Part shown: one piece after another, positions 49,801-60,849 of the stretch
Layout: each line of letters starts with the position of its first letter
Numbering within the stretch: position 1 is the stretch's first letter
Assembly: GCA_002269645.1 (NCBI GenBank)
Contig: NIVC01001588.1
Coordinates: forward strand, 115,204 to 179,203
DNA length: 64,000 nucleotides
Reading direction: 5' to 3'
Origin: Macrostomum lignano
Lineage: Eukaryota
Made by a program: the position numbers and the translations under genes
Notes under the pieces: generated by a model
Databases searched by the model: none
What the model was told of the DNA's origin: nothing
Seen by the model: the letters and a program-made list of their open reading frames with translations, nothing else

Positions 49801-52800
49801 TAGCTGACAGGATCAGGGAGGGTGACAGCATCACTAGCTGACAGGATCAGGGAGGGTGACAGCATCACTAGCTGACAGGATCAGGGAGGGTGACAGCATC
49901 ACTAGCTGACAGGATCAGGGAGGGTGACAGCATCACTAGCTGACAGGATCAGGGAGGGTGACAGCATCACTAGCTGACAGGATCAGGGAGGGTGACAGCA
50001 TCACTAGCTGACAGGATCAGGGAGAATCAGATCAGATCTCAATGCCACAAGCCCACCTTTCTCTGCAGCCGGTCAATCTCAGTCTCGTACTGCTCCCGCA
50101 TTTTTTCCAGCTCAACTCCGCGCACAGACTTGGCCGCGGTCAGCTGATCGGCGGCGACCAGCCGTTCCCGAGTGAGGCGGTCCAGCTGCTGCTGCAGCTC
50201 CAGCCGGTTGCGCTGGCAGCTGGACGATTCGGCAAGCGCCTCATCAAGGCGTCGGCGACAGGCGCGAAGTTCCGCTTCCAGCTGGGCGCAGCGCTCCTGC
50301 TGCTGCAGCAGGGGGCCGGCGTTGGACACCGGGCCGGCCGAGGGTCCCGGTTGTTGCGGCAGGCGGGAGCGGAGCTGCACCTCCTGGCGCTCCAGCTGCT
50401 CGCGGGCTTCGCGCAACTCCTGGTGAGAATTTGGGGCGATTCTCAGTGGCTTGATGGGGCGATTCTCAGTGGCTTGAAGGGGCGATTCTCAGTGGCTTGA
50501 TGGGGCGATTCTCAGTGGCTTGAAGGGGCGATTCTCAGTGGCTTGATGGGGCGATTCTCAGTGGCTTGATGGGGCGATTCTCAGTGGCTTGAAGGGGCGA
50601 TTCTCAGTGGCTTGATGGGGCCATTCTCAGTGGCTTGATGGGGCGATTCTCAGTGGCTTGAAGGGGCGATTTTCAGTGGCTTGATGGGGCGATTCTCAGT
50701 GGCTTGATGGGGCGATTCTCGTGGCTTGATGGGGCGATTCTCAGAGTCTTAATGAGGCGATTCTCAGAGTCTTAATGAGGCGATTTTCAGAGTATTAATG
50801 AGGCGATTCTCAAAGCATTAATGAGGCGATTCTCAGAGTCCTAATGAGTCGATTCTCAAAGTATTAATGAAGCGATTCTCAGAGTATTAATGAGGCGATT
50901 CTCAGAGCCTTAATGAGGCAATTCTCACAGTCTTAATGAGGCGATTCTCAGAGTATTAATGAGGCGATTCTCAGAGTATTAATGAGGCGATTCTCAGAGT
51001 CCTAATGAGGCGATTCTCAGAGTCCTAATGAGGCGATTCTCAGAGTCCTAATGAGGCGATTCTCAGAGTCCTAATGAAGCGATTCTCAGAGTATTAATGA
51101 GGCGATTCTCAGAGTCTTAATGAGGCGATTCTCAGTGTCTTAATGAGGCGATTTTCGGAGTCTTAATGAGGCGATTCTCAGAGTCTTAATGAGGCGATTC
51201 TCAGAGTATCAATGAGGCGATTCTCAGAGTATTAATGAGGCGATTCTCAGTGGCTTGATGGGGTGATTCTCGTGGCTTGATGGGGCGATTCTCAGAGTCT
51301 TAATGAGGCGATTCTCAGAGTATTAATGAGGCGATTCTCAGAGTATTAATGAGGCGATTCTCAGTAGCTTGATGGGGTGATTCTCGTGGCTTGATGGGGC
51401 GATTCTCAGAGTCTTAATGAGGCGATTCTCAGAGTATTAATGAGGCGATTCTCTGAGTATTAATGAGGCGATTCTCAGAGTATTAATGAGGCGATTCTCA
51501 GAGTCCTAATGAGGCGATTCTCAGAGTCGCCTCAGTCGCCTCAGAGTATTAATGAGGCGATTCTCAGAGTATTAATGAGGCGATTCTTAGTGGCTTGATG
51601 GGGCGATTCTCAGAGTCTTAATGAGGCGATTCTCAGAGTATTAATGAGGCGATTCTCAGAGTATTAATGAGGCGATTCTCAGAGTATTAATGAGGCGATT
51701 CTCAGAGTCTTAATGAGGCGATTCTCAGAGTCCTAATGAGGCTTAAAATTCTTAGTGACTTAAAGGGGCCACCCAGTCTCAGAGCAGCCGCCACCCACCT
51801 GCTCCAGCTGCAGCTTCTGACCGCTGAGCGCATCTGCCAGCCCCTTGCCAGAGGCCTTCGCCGACTTCAGCTCAGCGTACAGCCTCTCATTCTCCTTCTG
51901 ATAGCCGGCCAGCAGCTCCTCCTGCTCGCGCATCTGATTGGTCAGCTGGTCCACCTCCTCTCTGGTGACATCTGGGCCGAGAGGTCGCTGCTTCACGAGT
52001 CGCCACACTGATTGCTGCTGCTGTTGCTGCTGCTGTTGCTGCGGCTCAACCTCCAGCCGAGCTTCCAGGGTGCAGATCTCCTGCCTCAACTGCTGCACCT
52101 CCTGTTCGTGCTTCCTGCGAGCGGCCTCAGCCTCTTTGGCTCTCTCCAGCTCCATCAAGCGCAGGTCGGACTCGAGCTTAACTCGGTGAGCCTTCTCGGC
52201 GCGCAGCAGATCCCGCCATTCGTCAAGTTCTTCGCGGAGGTACTGCTGATGTTGCTGCTGCTGCTGCTGCACTTGCTGCGACTGTCTCTGCTTCTGCGGC
52301 TGCTGCTGCTGTTGAGAAGCCTGAGCAGGCATAGACTGAGGCCGCTGGTGCTGGGCCTGGCCTCCCCTACCGTAACCGGAGCTTTTCACGTGGCCAAATT
52401 TCAAACTCTGTGGCGGCGGCCCCGCCGGCTGTTTTGTCTTGCCAGCAGCCGGCTTTTGTTGCTGCTTTTGCGGCCTCTTCGGAGCATCCCCAGCAGCAGC
52501 AGCAGCAGCCGGGGCTCGCGGCGGTCGAACCACCTTGGGATTGGCTACAATCTTTGTTTCGTCAAATGCTGCTTGTCTGTGTCGACGCTGGGCTGCCTGC
52601 GGCTGCTGCTGCTGTTGTTGCTGCGGAGACGGAGGCGGCGACGGGGTGAGCTGGGGGTGCCGCTGCGAGTCCGGCCGAGCAGTCAACACCTCGTCGTGCT
52701 CGGCCAGAAGATCGTCGATGCTCATCTCCTTCTGCTCGGTTTTGTTCGTCGGACGGATTACCTGGCAAAGTGTGCGGCATACCGAAGTTTATACTGGTTG

Positions 52801-54571
52801 CCATAGCAACTGTCTATATTGAATTTAGATTTAAAAAACACTGGGGGAGCTGTGTGCACCCTGGCGCACTTTAAGCGACATAGGCACACAACCGGCGAGA
52901 GGCATTTCTGCCCATTCCGCCGACTCTCCTGAGCAGGCACACAAGCGCGCGGATACGTACGCAGTCATCCGCACAAGCACACACTCACACAGGAGTGTAC
53001 AGCGGCCCTGACTTTATTTATCGTTAGGCATGTACACTTCACTGCGCCTTGGGGGTTGGCTCTCTAGGGTGTTGATTGCACTAGCAGAGCCAAGCCCAGT
53101 TTCCAATTCAGCCCCAAATTAATGTGACTGCATTTGGAATCGAGCCAGGGCTGCTGGCACAACAGAGCGCTGCGCCAGACCACTGGGCTACGGCCCCCCT
53201 TTTTCCAAGCAGGTTTTTCTTTAATTCATATTAAAGAATTAGCGAGGCTCAGTGGTGTAAAAGGTAGGGAAGAAATGCTGGAAATTTAATTGATTTTGAA
53301 CTTTCTGACAATCCTGGTTTTCAATCTGGCAGCTTTCAGATTACTCACCTGCATTCCAAATGACTGAGTAGCCGAAGGCGCGGTTGCCGTCATGGCGCCC
53401 CCCACCGTGCCCGACTGTTGCTGCTGCTGCTGCTGCTGCCCAGGCTCCGGGATCTGATCGCTCGGCAGGCTGTTCAAACCAGAGGCAAAAAATCCTGTGG
53501 TAGCCTTGCTGTGTCGCTGGTCGGTGGACTCCTCCAGGGTGTCCAGCCGGCGCTTGTAGGCGTCGCGAACGGCGCTGATGTCGGTCTGACTGTGCAGCGT
53601 GTCACCATGGTGCTGTTCCTGCGGCTGCTGCGCCGCGCTCGTCTGCTGCTGCTGAAGCTGCTGAGACGACGAATCGAGCGACTCCAGCAGAGACACCTTC
53701 GACAGCATTGACGGCTTGCCTTTGAAGCCGGCCAGACCACCGGTCGAAGGGTCGGCCGCCGCCGCCGACTCCGTGTCCATCGTGGTCAGGTCGTCAGCGT
53801 CTCGACTGTTGCCAGCGTAGCCCCGCATCGGCGGAGCCGCCGGAGTCTCCGAATCGCCGAGGCTGCTCCGGGTGAGCTGCAGGCGGAGCTCGTCGTCGTC
53901 CGTCGCTGCTGGCGCGCGCCTTAATCTCTGCTGCGGGTCCTCCTCGGCTTCTAATGCGAAATCGTCGCTGTCCTCCACGCGGCCGATGCTGGCGACGCCC
54001 GACTGCTGCAGGGTGTCGTCCAGGCGGGGGGCCCGGCCCTGCGAGGTGAAAGAAGTTGAGATGAAGGGTTGATGGGAGTTGAGATGAAGGGTTGATGGGA
54101 GTTGAGATGAAGGGTTGATGGGAGTTGAGATGAAAGGGTTGATGGGAGTTGAGATGAAAGGGTGATAACATACGAGCTGAAGGGTTGCTGAGTGCAATGA
54201 ACCGTATTGCTTGGCAGGATGGATAAGAGCACAGGGTAGACAGGAGTTCCACGGGATCACATGGGCAGAGAGCAAAAGCCTCCAACTGCTAACACACCAA
54301 AAATGCACACCGGCCGTCTCACCTGCGGCGTCTCGCGAGTCTGTCGCAGAAAACTTTTACCAGTGCCCAATTGGGCCACCTCGGAGGAGCCGCCGCTGGA
54401 GTTGACATCAAAGCCGCCGCCGCCGCCGCCGCCCTGGTCCCACCATGGCTTCTCCTCAGCTTTGGCCCGCTTGCCGCCTGCGGCCCGCTTCTTGGAGCCA
54501 CCGCCGGCTGCTCGGACGCGGCGGCCCGGCTTCTTCCGAGGCGAGGACGGGTCGCTCAGAGAGTCGGAGCT
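31808..54571 (-). CDS. CEP162: Centrosomal protein of 162 kDa (CEP162/QN1-like); first coding exon not located
   Basis: Exons 54571-54323, 54038-53349, 52761-51799, 50419-50057, 49470-49237, 46605-46369, 45375-45079, 43542-43282 and 32275-31808. All are multiples of 3 with GT..AG sites. Diagnostic similarity to vertebrate CEP162: KPWW, WFVENQRLVDKD..RIKDLERQV, HTPQMRQF, QFRAELDLILEVLRELQRRGV. Confidence 0.85.
32560..33693 (+). repeat. Left subterminal array of CACTA element (12-bp TAGAGGCTGGAT-type units)
   Basis: Dozens of GAGGCT/GAGACT-containing units; the inverted counterpart lies at 36040-36720. Confidence 0.9.
34135..34986 (+). pseudogene. EnSpm/CACTA transposase C-terminal remnant
   Basis: LARLYSVRAQSYNAHQVCSHMTDYAYLAGPVHQQSAGLMESMHCRLKTLLHG matches the EnSpm YNxHxxxH..GP...S.F.FE....LK...HG motif. 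Confidence 0.75.
35071..35546 (-). mobile_element. Internally deleted mariner element nested in the CACTA element
   Basis: 30-bp TIRs CGAGGATTGTGTCATAAATTCGCTGACAAA (27/30 match) with TA on both flanks. Transposase C-terminus FFAQGLDKLPERWHKCVQLRGDYVEK. Confidence 0.88.
36040..36720 (-). repeat. Right subterminal array of CACTA element
   Basis: AGCCTCTAA(T/C)TG units, the reverse complement of the left-array core. Confidence 0.88.
36874..37340 (+). mobile_element. Decayed DNA-transposon end related to the element end at 54622
   Basis: Shares TAGACGACT..AAAAGTC..TGAGGCGTT..CTCTGGGG..GCTAGA and a single copy of the 81-bp satellite unit with 54622-55030; begins with CAC. Confidence 0.55.
37500..38900 (+). 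mobile_element. DIRS/Ngaro 3' fragment: RNase H tail + tyrosine recombinase (frameshifted) + terminal repeat
   Basis: IRAFHVPG..SDPGSR (RNase H end). YR: AWAPRTRDAY, GFFGLLRCANL, IRVSKTN, LCPAEAL, FSGHSMRRGG, GGWRRNAVLRY (R-H-R-W-Y catalytic set). Frameshifts near 38150 and 38350. Confidence 0.88.
38907..40420 (+). mobile_element. 5'-truncated Penelope-like element (RT + GIY-YIG endonuclease + pLTR region)
   Basis: ORF to 40091: YRQIDGCAMGSPLAPTLANL, YKRYVDDTF, NIKFTVE..LPFLDI, SVYRKP, and GIY-YIG GVVYEFVC..SYIGKTKRHL..SVREH. The 3' boundary is approximate. Confidence 0.92.
40278..40321 (+). ncRNA. Minimal type I hammerhead ribozyme motif in the Penelope pLTR
   Basis: CTGACGA(T)-GTCC-taatgcaaat-GGAC-GAAA-TGCA-TC: core, 4-bp stem II and a palindromic TGCA stem III loop. 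Stem I is only 2 bp (CC/GG). Confidence 0.6.
40956..42077 (+). CDS. Secreted sphingomyelinase D / phospholipase D (SicTox/dermonecrotic-toxin family, GDPD-like fold) with C-terminal Cys-rich domain
   Basis: Signal peptide (VPLLLLLAATLDSA), PFYIIAHMTN (catalytic His), GANAVEVDIQF (Mg-binding ExD), FEH..CDCSC, ILDGK, YIWTLD, GVNGIITNRP, plug-like LRLAKPGD, then a 10-Cys tail. Intact, intronless, 373 aa. Confidence 0.92.
   Translation: MSGLRVLNACTVPLLLLLAATLDSAKTRDPFYIIAHMTNSPHSLDWSMRQGANAVEVDIQFDGRGNPTEFEHRWLCDCSCPHPRSYHICSHSLRGCSGRGASASAASHLRHMARLPGLALVILDGKVNSKWGDRLATAGANLARLVERELFGNGYRANVVISAGKINCFEYVYAAAKTASGFSNKDRYYFAFDQEDDKYSSVAAMLSRFTRKRAFGTGISACLPGTYYSGIRQAEASVRNGEIGLTYIWTLDKESSMKSYINLGVNGIITNRPGLLKKLAGNLGLRLAKPGDAIPTARTDVSSPNNCDCDYHWGGCTISSPAPPFKACRCKYKGFWTCGGSVVSCNSSHFKCRNPDGSKESCKLGGGDCGGYR
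42430..43190 (+). repeat. 20-bp minisatellite at donor side of CEP162 last intron
   Basis: TTCAGGACAATTGCAAATCC and variants, about 35 copies. Confidence 0.95.
43610..44995 (+). repeat. 20-22-bp minisatellite in CEP162 intron
   Basis: TGTCTAACAGGTG(T/C)GACAC(TCA), about 65 copies. Confidence 0.95.
45420..46260 (+). repeat. ~23-bp G-rich minisatellite with GGCGATTCT core in CEP162 intron
   Basis: GGGCGATTCT(T/C)TGGAGGGGTTGGA-like units. Confidence 0.9.
46705..49230 (+). repeat. 27/32-bp minisatellite filling a CEP162 intron up to the donor site
   Basis: GCATCTGAGCAGTTCCCCCATCATGAGCCTTG (32 bp) and GCATCTGAGCAGTTCCCCATCATGTG (about 27 bp) blocks. Confidence 0.97.
49538..50025 (+). repeat. 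34-bp minisatellite in CEP162 intron
   Basis: GGATCAGGGAGGGTGACAGCATCACTAGCTGACA, about 14 copies. Confidence 0.97.
50435..51740 (+). repeat. 23-bp minisatellite with GGCGATTCTC core in CEP162 intron
   Basis: GGGGCGATTCTCAGTGGCTTGAT switching to GAGGCGATTCTCAGAGTATTAAT. Confidence 0.95.
52841..53199 (-). mobile_element. tRNA-headed SINE, copy 2 (diverged, intronic)
   Basis: Reverse-complement homology to 8795-9151 over the full length; no clear TSD. Confidence 0.8.
54055..54165 (+). repeat. 23-bp minisatellite abutting a CEP162 acceptor
   Basis: ATGAAGGGTTGATGGGAGTTGAG, about 5 copies. Confidence 0.9.
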
Positions 54572-54621
54572 CTGCTCAAGATTTGTTTTGAATTTAGCAG
54601 ATTTTATTATCATTCGATTTA

Positions 54622-54940
54622 CCCGATGGAAGAAGTAAAGAAATGACTCTAGACGACTCTAAAACGACGAGATGTCGCGGTAAAAGTCGCCGAAGAAGTC
54701 GTCAAAGAGTCGCCTACGAGTCAGTCTGAGGCGTTTTATTGTCTGCGACTCTGGAACTACTCTGGGGCGTTTTTGTAATAACTCTGGGGACCGTAGAGTC
54801 GTATCTGAGGCGTGCTAGAGTCGATTTATGAATATAGGCTTCAATTGATGAATTAGAATCGCATTTCGCATTTATGAAAACTCTATTAAGTCTACTTAAG
54901 TTACTAGAAATTTAGCACCCACATAACAACTTTTCGCGAC
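54622..54940 (+). mobile_element. CACTA-like element end (CCCGATGG terminus)
   Basis: Same first 8 nt as the TIR at 32490, followed by GACTC/GAGTC/AGTCG subterminal motifs; the opposite end was not found. Confidence 0.55.
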
Positions 54941-56403
54941 TCTTTACGATTCTACAAATCACGTGATGCGCTTGTGACTCAACAGTCGCTAGAGTCACTA
55001 GTAAGTTGTTTTCAATGACTCTTTAACGATTCTACAACTCACGTGATGCGCTTGTGGACTCAACAGTCGCTAGAGTCACTAGTAAGTTGTTTTCAATGAC
55101 TCTTTAACGATTCTACAACTCACGTGATGCGCTTGTGGACTCAACAGTCGCTAGAGTCACTAGTAAGTTGTTTTCAATGACTCTTTAACGATTCTACAAC
55201 TCACGTGATGCGCTTGTGACTCAACAGTCGCTAGAGTCACTAGTAAGTTGTTTTCAATGACTCTTTAACGATTCTACAACTCACGTGATGCGCTTGTGGA
55301 CTCAACAGTCGCTAGAGTCACTAGTAAGTTGTTTTCAATGACTCTTTAACGATTCTACAACTCACGTGATGCGCTTGTGGACTCAACAGTCGCTAGAGTC
55401 ACTAGTAAGTTGTTTTCAATGACTCTTTAACGATTCTACAACTCACGTGATGCGCTTGTGGACTCAACAGTCGCTAGAGTCACTAGTAAGTTGTTTTCAA
55501 TGACTCTTTAACGATTCTACAACTCACGTGATGCGCTTGTGGACTCAACAGTCGCTAGAGTCACTAGTAAGTTGTTTTCAATGACTCTTTAACGATTCTA
55601 CAACTCACGTGATGCGCTTGTGGACTCAACAGTCGCTAGAGTCACTAGTAAGTTGTTTTCAATGACTCTTTAACGATTCTACAACTCACGTGATGCGCTT
55701 GTGGACTCAACAGTCGCTAGAGTCACTAGTAAGTTGTTTTCAATGACTCTTTAACGATTCTACAACTCACGTGATGCGCTTGTGGACTCAACAGTCGCTA
55801 GAGTCACTAGTAAGTTGTTTTCAATGACTCTTTAACGATTCTACAACTCACGTGATGCGCCTGTGACTCAACAGTCGCTAGAGTCACTAGTAGGTTGTTT
55901 TCAATGACTCTTTAACGATTCTACAACTCACGTGATGCGCTTGTGGACTCAACAGTCGCTAGAGTCACTAGTAGGTTGTTTTCAATGACTCTTTAACGAT
56001 TCTACAACTCACGTGATGCGCCTGTGACTCAACAGTCGCTAGAGTCACTAGTAGGTTGTTTTCAATGACTCTTTAACGATTCTACAACTCACGTGATGCG
56101 CCTGTGACTCAACAGTCGCTAGAGTCACTAGTAGGTTGTTTTCAATGACTCTTTAACGATTCTACAACTCACGTGATGCGCCTGTGACTCAACAGTCGCT
56201 AGAGTCACTAGTAGGTTGTTTTCAATGACTCTTTAACGATTCTACAACTCACGTGATGCGCTTGTGGACTCAACAGTCGCTAGAGTCACTAGTAGGTTGT
56301 TTTCAATGACTCTTTAACGATTCTACAACTCACGTGATGCGCTTGTGGACTCAACAGTCGCTAGAGTCACTAGCAGGTTGTTTTCAATGACTCTTTAACG
56401 ATT
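54937..56403 (+). repeat. 80-81-bp satellite array, about 18 copies
   Basis: GACTCTTTAACGATTCTACAACTCACGTGATGCGCTTGTGGACTCAACAGTCGCTAGAGTCACTAGTAAGTTGTTTTCAAT; period 81 (55017, 55098 and onward). Confidence 0.97.
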
Positions 56404-57718
56404 CTTGTCACAGTAACGTTTTCAATGGGGGTTACTAATACCCAGGGTTTTATGATTGAGGCATTCAGAGACACATGTTATTGTGTCAGTTGATGACTCA
56501 TTCAATAAGCTAATTGCTAGTAAATAATAGATTTGGTCAAACTAAATATTGTTCAATAGTCAATTAAAGCAAAAATCATTTTGAAAATTGGATTGCAACT
56601 GGTTTTTCTTAATTTTGCTTCAAAAGCAAAAAATAAAATTTCAAAAAAAGGAAATACTTAAATGCATGCACATGGCTCTTTCTTATAAAATGGTTTTGCT
56701 TTTATCATTAAAAATCCCTATATAGATTTTTTTCTACAAAAATTAATGAACTTTTTAATTGCATTATTATGTTATTATATTTTGCACTATACATTTTATT
56801 GCACAACATAAAATATACACCAAATAAAACAAAACACATATACACATATATTATAGAAACAGTACATATTGATAATATATACTAATAGATAACATATTGG
56901 ACAAAGGCATATATGATAAGACTATAGGAAAATTTCAAAGGTATGATATAGATATATGGAAATTTTGTATAGCCTAAAAGCCAATTGCTATATATTCCTT
57001 GTTTGGCAATGAAAATGTTAGGCATTTTTTTCATTTGCATAATAATATACATTATAAAGTTTTAGAAAATATTATTTAAAAAATCAAAATTATAACCTAA
57101 AAGTATTTACCTCTTATTCTATTTTTCAAATTAGTCAAATAGACCTATTATCATACATGCGCAACCTTTGGAATCACCCAGCCATTTCTATTGGTAACAT
57201 ACACATATAAGTAGTTATTGGCTAATGGCACTCATGTGATTATTATTATTCTATCCAATAGCAACTTGCATGTGTGTCAGTGGTTAGATAGCAATTTAAC
57301 CAACAGGTGAATCCCTAGGTTGCACTCAGGCATGCCTATTATATTTAGTTAAATCAGCTAGAATGCCAGTAAAGCTATAGGTAGTAGTATAACAATGGCC
57401 TAAGAAGTTATAGATAGGCCTCTATTGAGGTTTTCAGATAGAACATAATTGGTACAAATATATTTAGAGGAATGCTTAATTCTTATATCTAGTTCCTTTA
57501 TCTAGTAATATTTGCTACTCAATAACTAAGGCTTAAAAGACCTCAAATACCATTGGCACTATTGATTTTATAAATAATTTATGTTAGTAAACCAATAGAA
57601 ATGAATAAATATTACAAGTTTCATAGTGCATATTAAAAGCTTTTGTGAAAGGGTCCCTAGGTTTGGGACTGAAAAACTTAAAGAGGTGGAAATTTACAAT
57701 TATATGTGCACATGGTAT

Positions 57719-58078
57719 TTTTTATTAGAGGCAGGGGGGTTGTGTGCACCCTGGCGCACTTTAAGCGACATTGGCACACAACCGGCGAGAGGCATTACTG
57801 CCCATTCCGCCAACTCCCCTGAGCAGGCATACAAGCGCGCAGATACGTACGCAGGCACATACTCACACAGGAGTATACAGCAGCCCTAACTTTATATTAT
57901 TGTTAGGCATGTACACTTCACTGCGCCTTGGGGGATTGGCTCTCAAGGCCATTAATTGCACAAGCAGAGCCAAGCCAAGATTCCAATTCAGCCCCAAATT
58001 AATGTGACTGCACTTAGAATCGAGCCTGGGTCGCTGGCACACCAGAGCAGCTGCGCTACTGCTGGGCTATGGCCCCCC
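57719..58078 (-). mobile_element. tRNA-headed SINE, copy 3
   Basis: Full-length homology to copy 1; 12-bp TSD TGCACATGG(T/C)AT at 57707-57718 / 58079-58090. Confidence 0.85.
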
Positions 58079-60849
58079 TGCACATGGCATGGCTAAATAG
58101 GGTGAAATTAGGATGAATGTTTTTATTTTCAAGTTTCAATGCAAATGGAAATAGCTTAAAGAAGCTTTAAAGTTCAAGGAAATAAATATGAATTAAAACT
58201 ATTGCAAAGCCAAAAAATTTTTTATTTCAAATAGTGCATAAAATAAATAAATATTACGATTATCACATGATTCATTTATAGCATAGTCATAGACAATAAT
58301 TACGAATTTATTCATTTTGTTTTAATTATAAAGCCAAAGGCCCAAAGGTATTTAAAAAGCTGTACTTACTGCATTCATAAACTTTTCAAAGCCTGCATGG
58401 TCAAATGAACTCCTTGCTGTATTTATGTCAGACATAGTTTTGTGATCTGCTAAATGGACCAATACTAATGGCTAATATGGAAGGAAAATTCAAAAAGGAA
58501 TATGATTTTCTTAAAGTAGGCAGAGTAGCTTACAGTTACAAGTTAAGCCCCAGTCAAAGCCATACTTGAAAAGCGTGTAATCTGCGTGGCTGTATACTAT
58601 ATCACAAGTAAAACCTGCTGCTTTACTTAATATCACTCAGGCTAGAGGTATGGCCTATGGGAGTCTTCCCTGTCTTCAACTTTTGTGTTTAAACATTCTC
58701 ATATATTCAACAATGGCAAGCACTAAAGATCAATATAAACAAATTTTCTGCAATTTGTGTTAGGCTTAAATATTTGATTTAGAAGCCATTGCTTACTACT
58801 GTTTTTAGACACTGATATTCATTGCAATGGTCATTGACACGACAGCAATAGTAAGACATACATACGCATAGATACCGATACCGATAAATAGAATTTAATG
58901 TTTTACCATTGCTGAATGTTAAAAATATTACTGGCGTCCGGAAAAAGGCGGTTGTTTAACAATATTTTCATGTCTCAAATTTAAAATCTGTTTATTTTAA
59001 TCGTTTACTGTCAAATAACAATATTTCTGCATAAAAAATTCTTCTCCTTGGGTTTTTTGTTATATTTTTATAAACTCTAAAGTTTTACGTAATCATCGTA
59101 GAGAAGGATAGCTGGTAACAAATCGTAGCAAGAGGAAAATTGATCATTTAAGCTTATGATTATAAGCTTCGTTTTTTATACCCTCAATGGATTCGCTAGC
59201 ACGTTTTTTATTCAACTTTTTAACTGTTTTTTATCAAGCTTTGTTTTCAATTAATCATGATGTACACAAGGACTATCCTACTAGACTTGAAATTCAAATT
59301 TAAAATCGAAGTGTTCCTAGTGGTCCTTGGATGTACATACATAGATGTACGTCGGCAGATTGTACATGTACGAGTATATTGAAACATGTTAACTCACGGA
59401 AGTAAAAAATTCTATTGTAATGTAATCAAGGACTTTATGTAATGCAATCAATGTAATGTAATCATACATCGTAAGTACATTACTATCTAAAATTTATCTA
59501 AGTAGTCTAAAAATGTATCATTACATTTTTGATATGTATGATTTGATATGTATGGGGGTACTGAACCCCCATAGTAACCGTACATAGTCAATGTAATCAA
59601 GGATATTTACTTTAATATATATAAAGTAATATATATTACTTTAGTCGTCCTTGAATAAAATATGCTATACATGCATGATTTGCCGAACTAGCCGTAGCTA
59701 CTTAAATACCGTATGTATACCGTACAGTAGTTGCTGTCTGGATGATTTGGCATTTAAAAAAATTGCAAAAGAACCAACCTCCAAATGTGACTCCTTTATG
59801 TATGCATATATGCATCATGTGCACTGTTTGTACACACCATGTACAAAGCGGCAGCAGAACCCCCAGGGACAAGGGGCAATTGCACGCCTCACAAACACTG
59901 AGTTGGCATTGCCATAGCTCGATCCATCTAAAACTCTGTTTTAGTGTGTACATGGTACCATCAAGGACCGCACTAGCAGTATATCAGCTGTACGCATGCT
60001 TCTATATAGTTGTCCTTGACATATATGTATGGTTGGGGTTGGTAGAGAACTGTTAAATTATTTGTAATTTTTATACATTTCATGCTAGTGCAGTCAACTT
60101 TAAAACCCATATTGAAAGGTAAGGTTCAACTTCGAATTTAAATTCGAATTCAAAGTTTTCTACTCCTATACAGTACATGATCGTACATGTAAGCCCTTGT
60201 CCCTTCAAGCATTTATTAAATTCACAAAACGCCCCGCTAAGGATTATATTTCTTCCACAACCACGCACCACAACTGCTTTAACACGGGCTAATTTTTTGT
60301 CGCGTACACCTTCGCAAACAAGAATAAAGTCGCCAGCCCTCCGGACCGTCGAGATATTCGACGATTCTGCCAGAAGGTCGGATTTTTCCCATAAGCGCTA
60401 ATGTACATGTATTCAATACATCCTGTGCGCCAATCAGCACTGCGCCTCAGTGCAGTCTTGCCAAGCCTCCAAATTTCATCAGCACATCGACCACATGTGT
60501 CTGTATCAACTCTGACGTCGTTAGTCACTGGCCTTCCCCGAGACGGAGCTTCTGGACCTTCAACATGTGGCACCAGGTGACTATAAACACCTTGATAAGA
60601 ATTTCTTTAGTTTCGCTGATCAAGCCTCGACAGTGGGCAAGCCTCAACTGCTGAAAATCCTCAGCCAGTCTCTCAAGCATTCCGTCATCACCTCGACGCC
60701 GTCGGCACCTTCAACAGATTACACCAGGTGACTATGGACATCCTGTTGCAAATATGTCAGATTTTTCTAATCAAACTTTAATAATGGGCAAATTTTAACT
60801 CCTGGTCATTCTCAGCTAACAACAGCAACAACATAATACGCGTTCAGCT

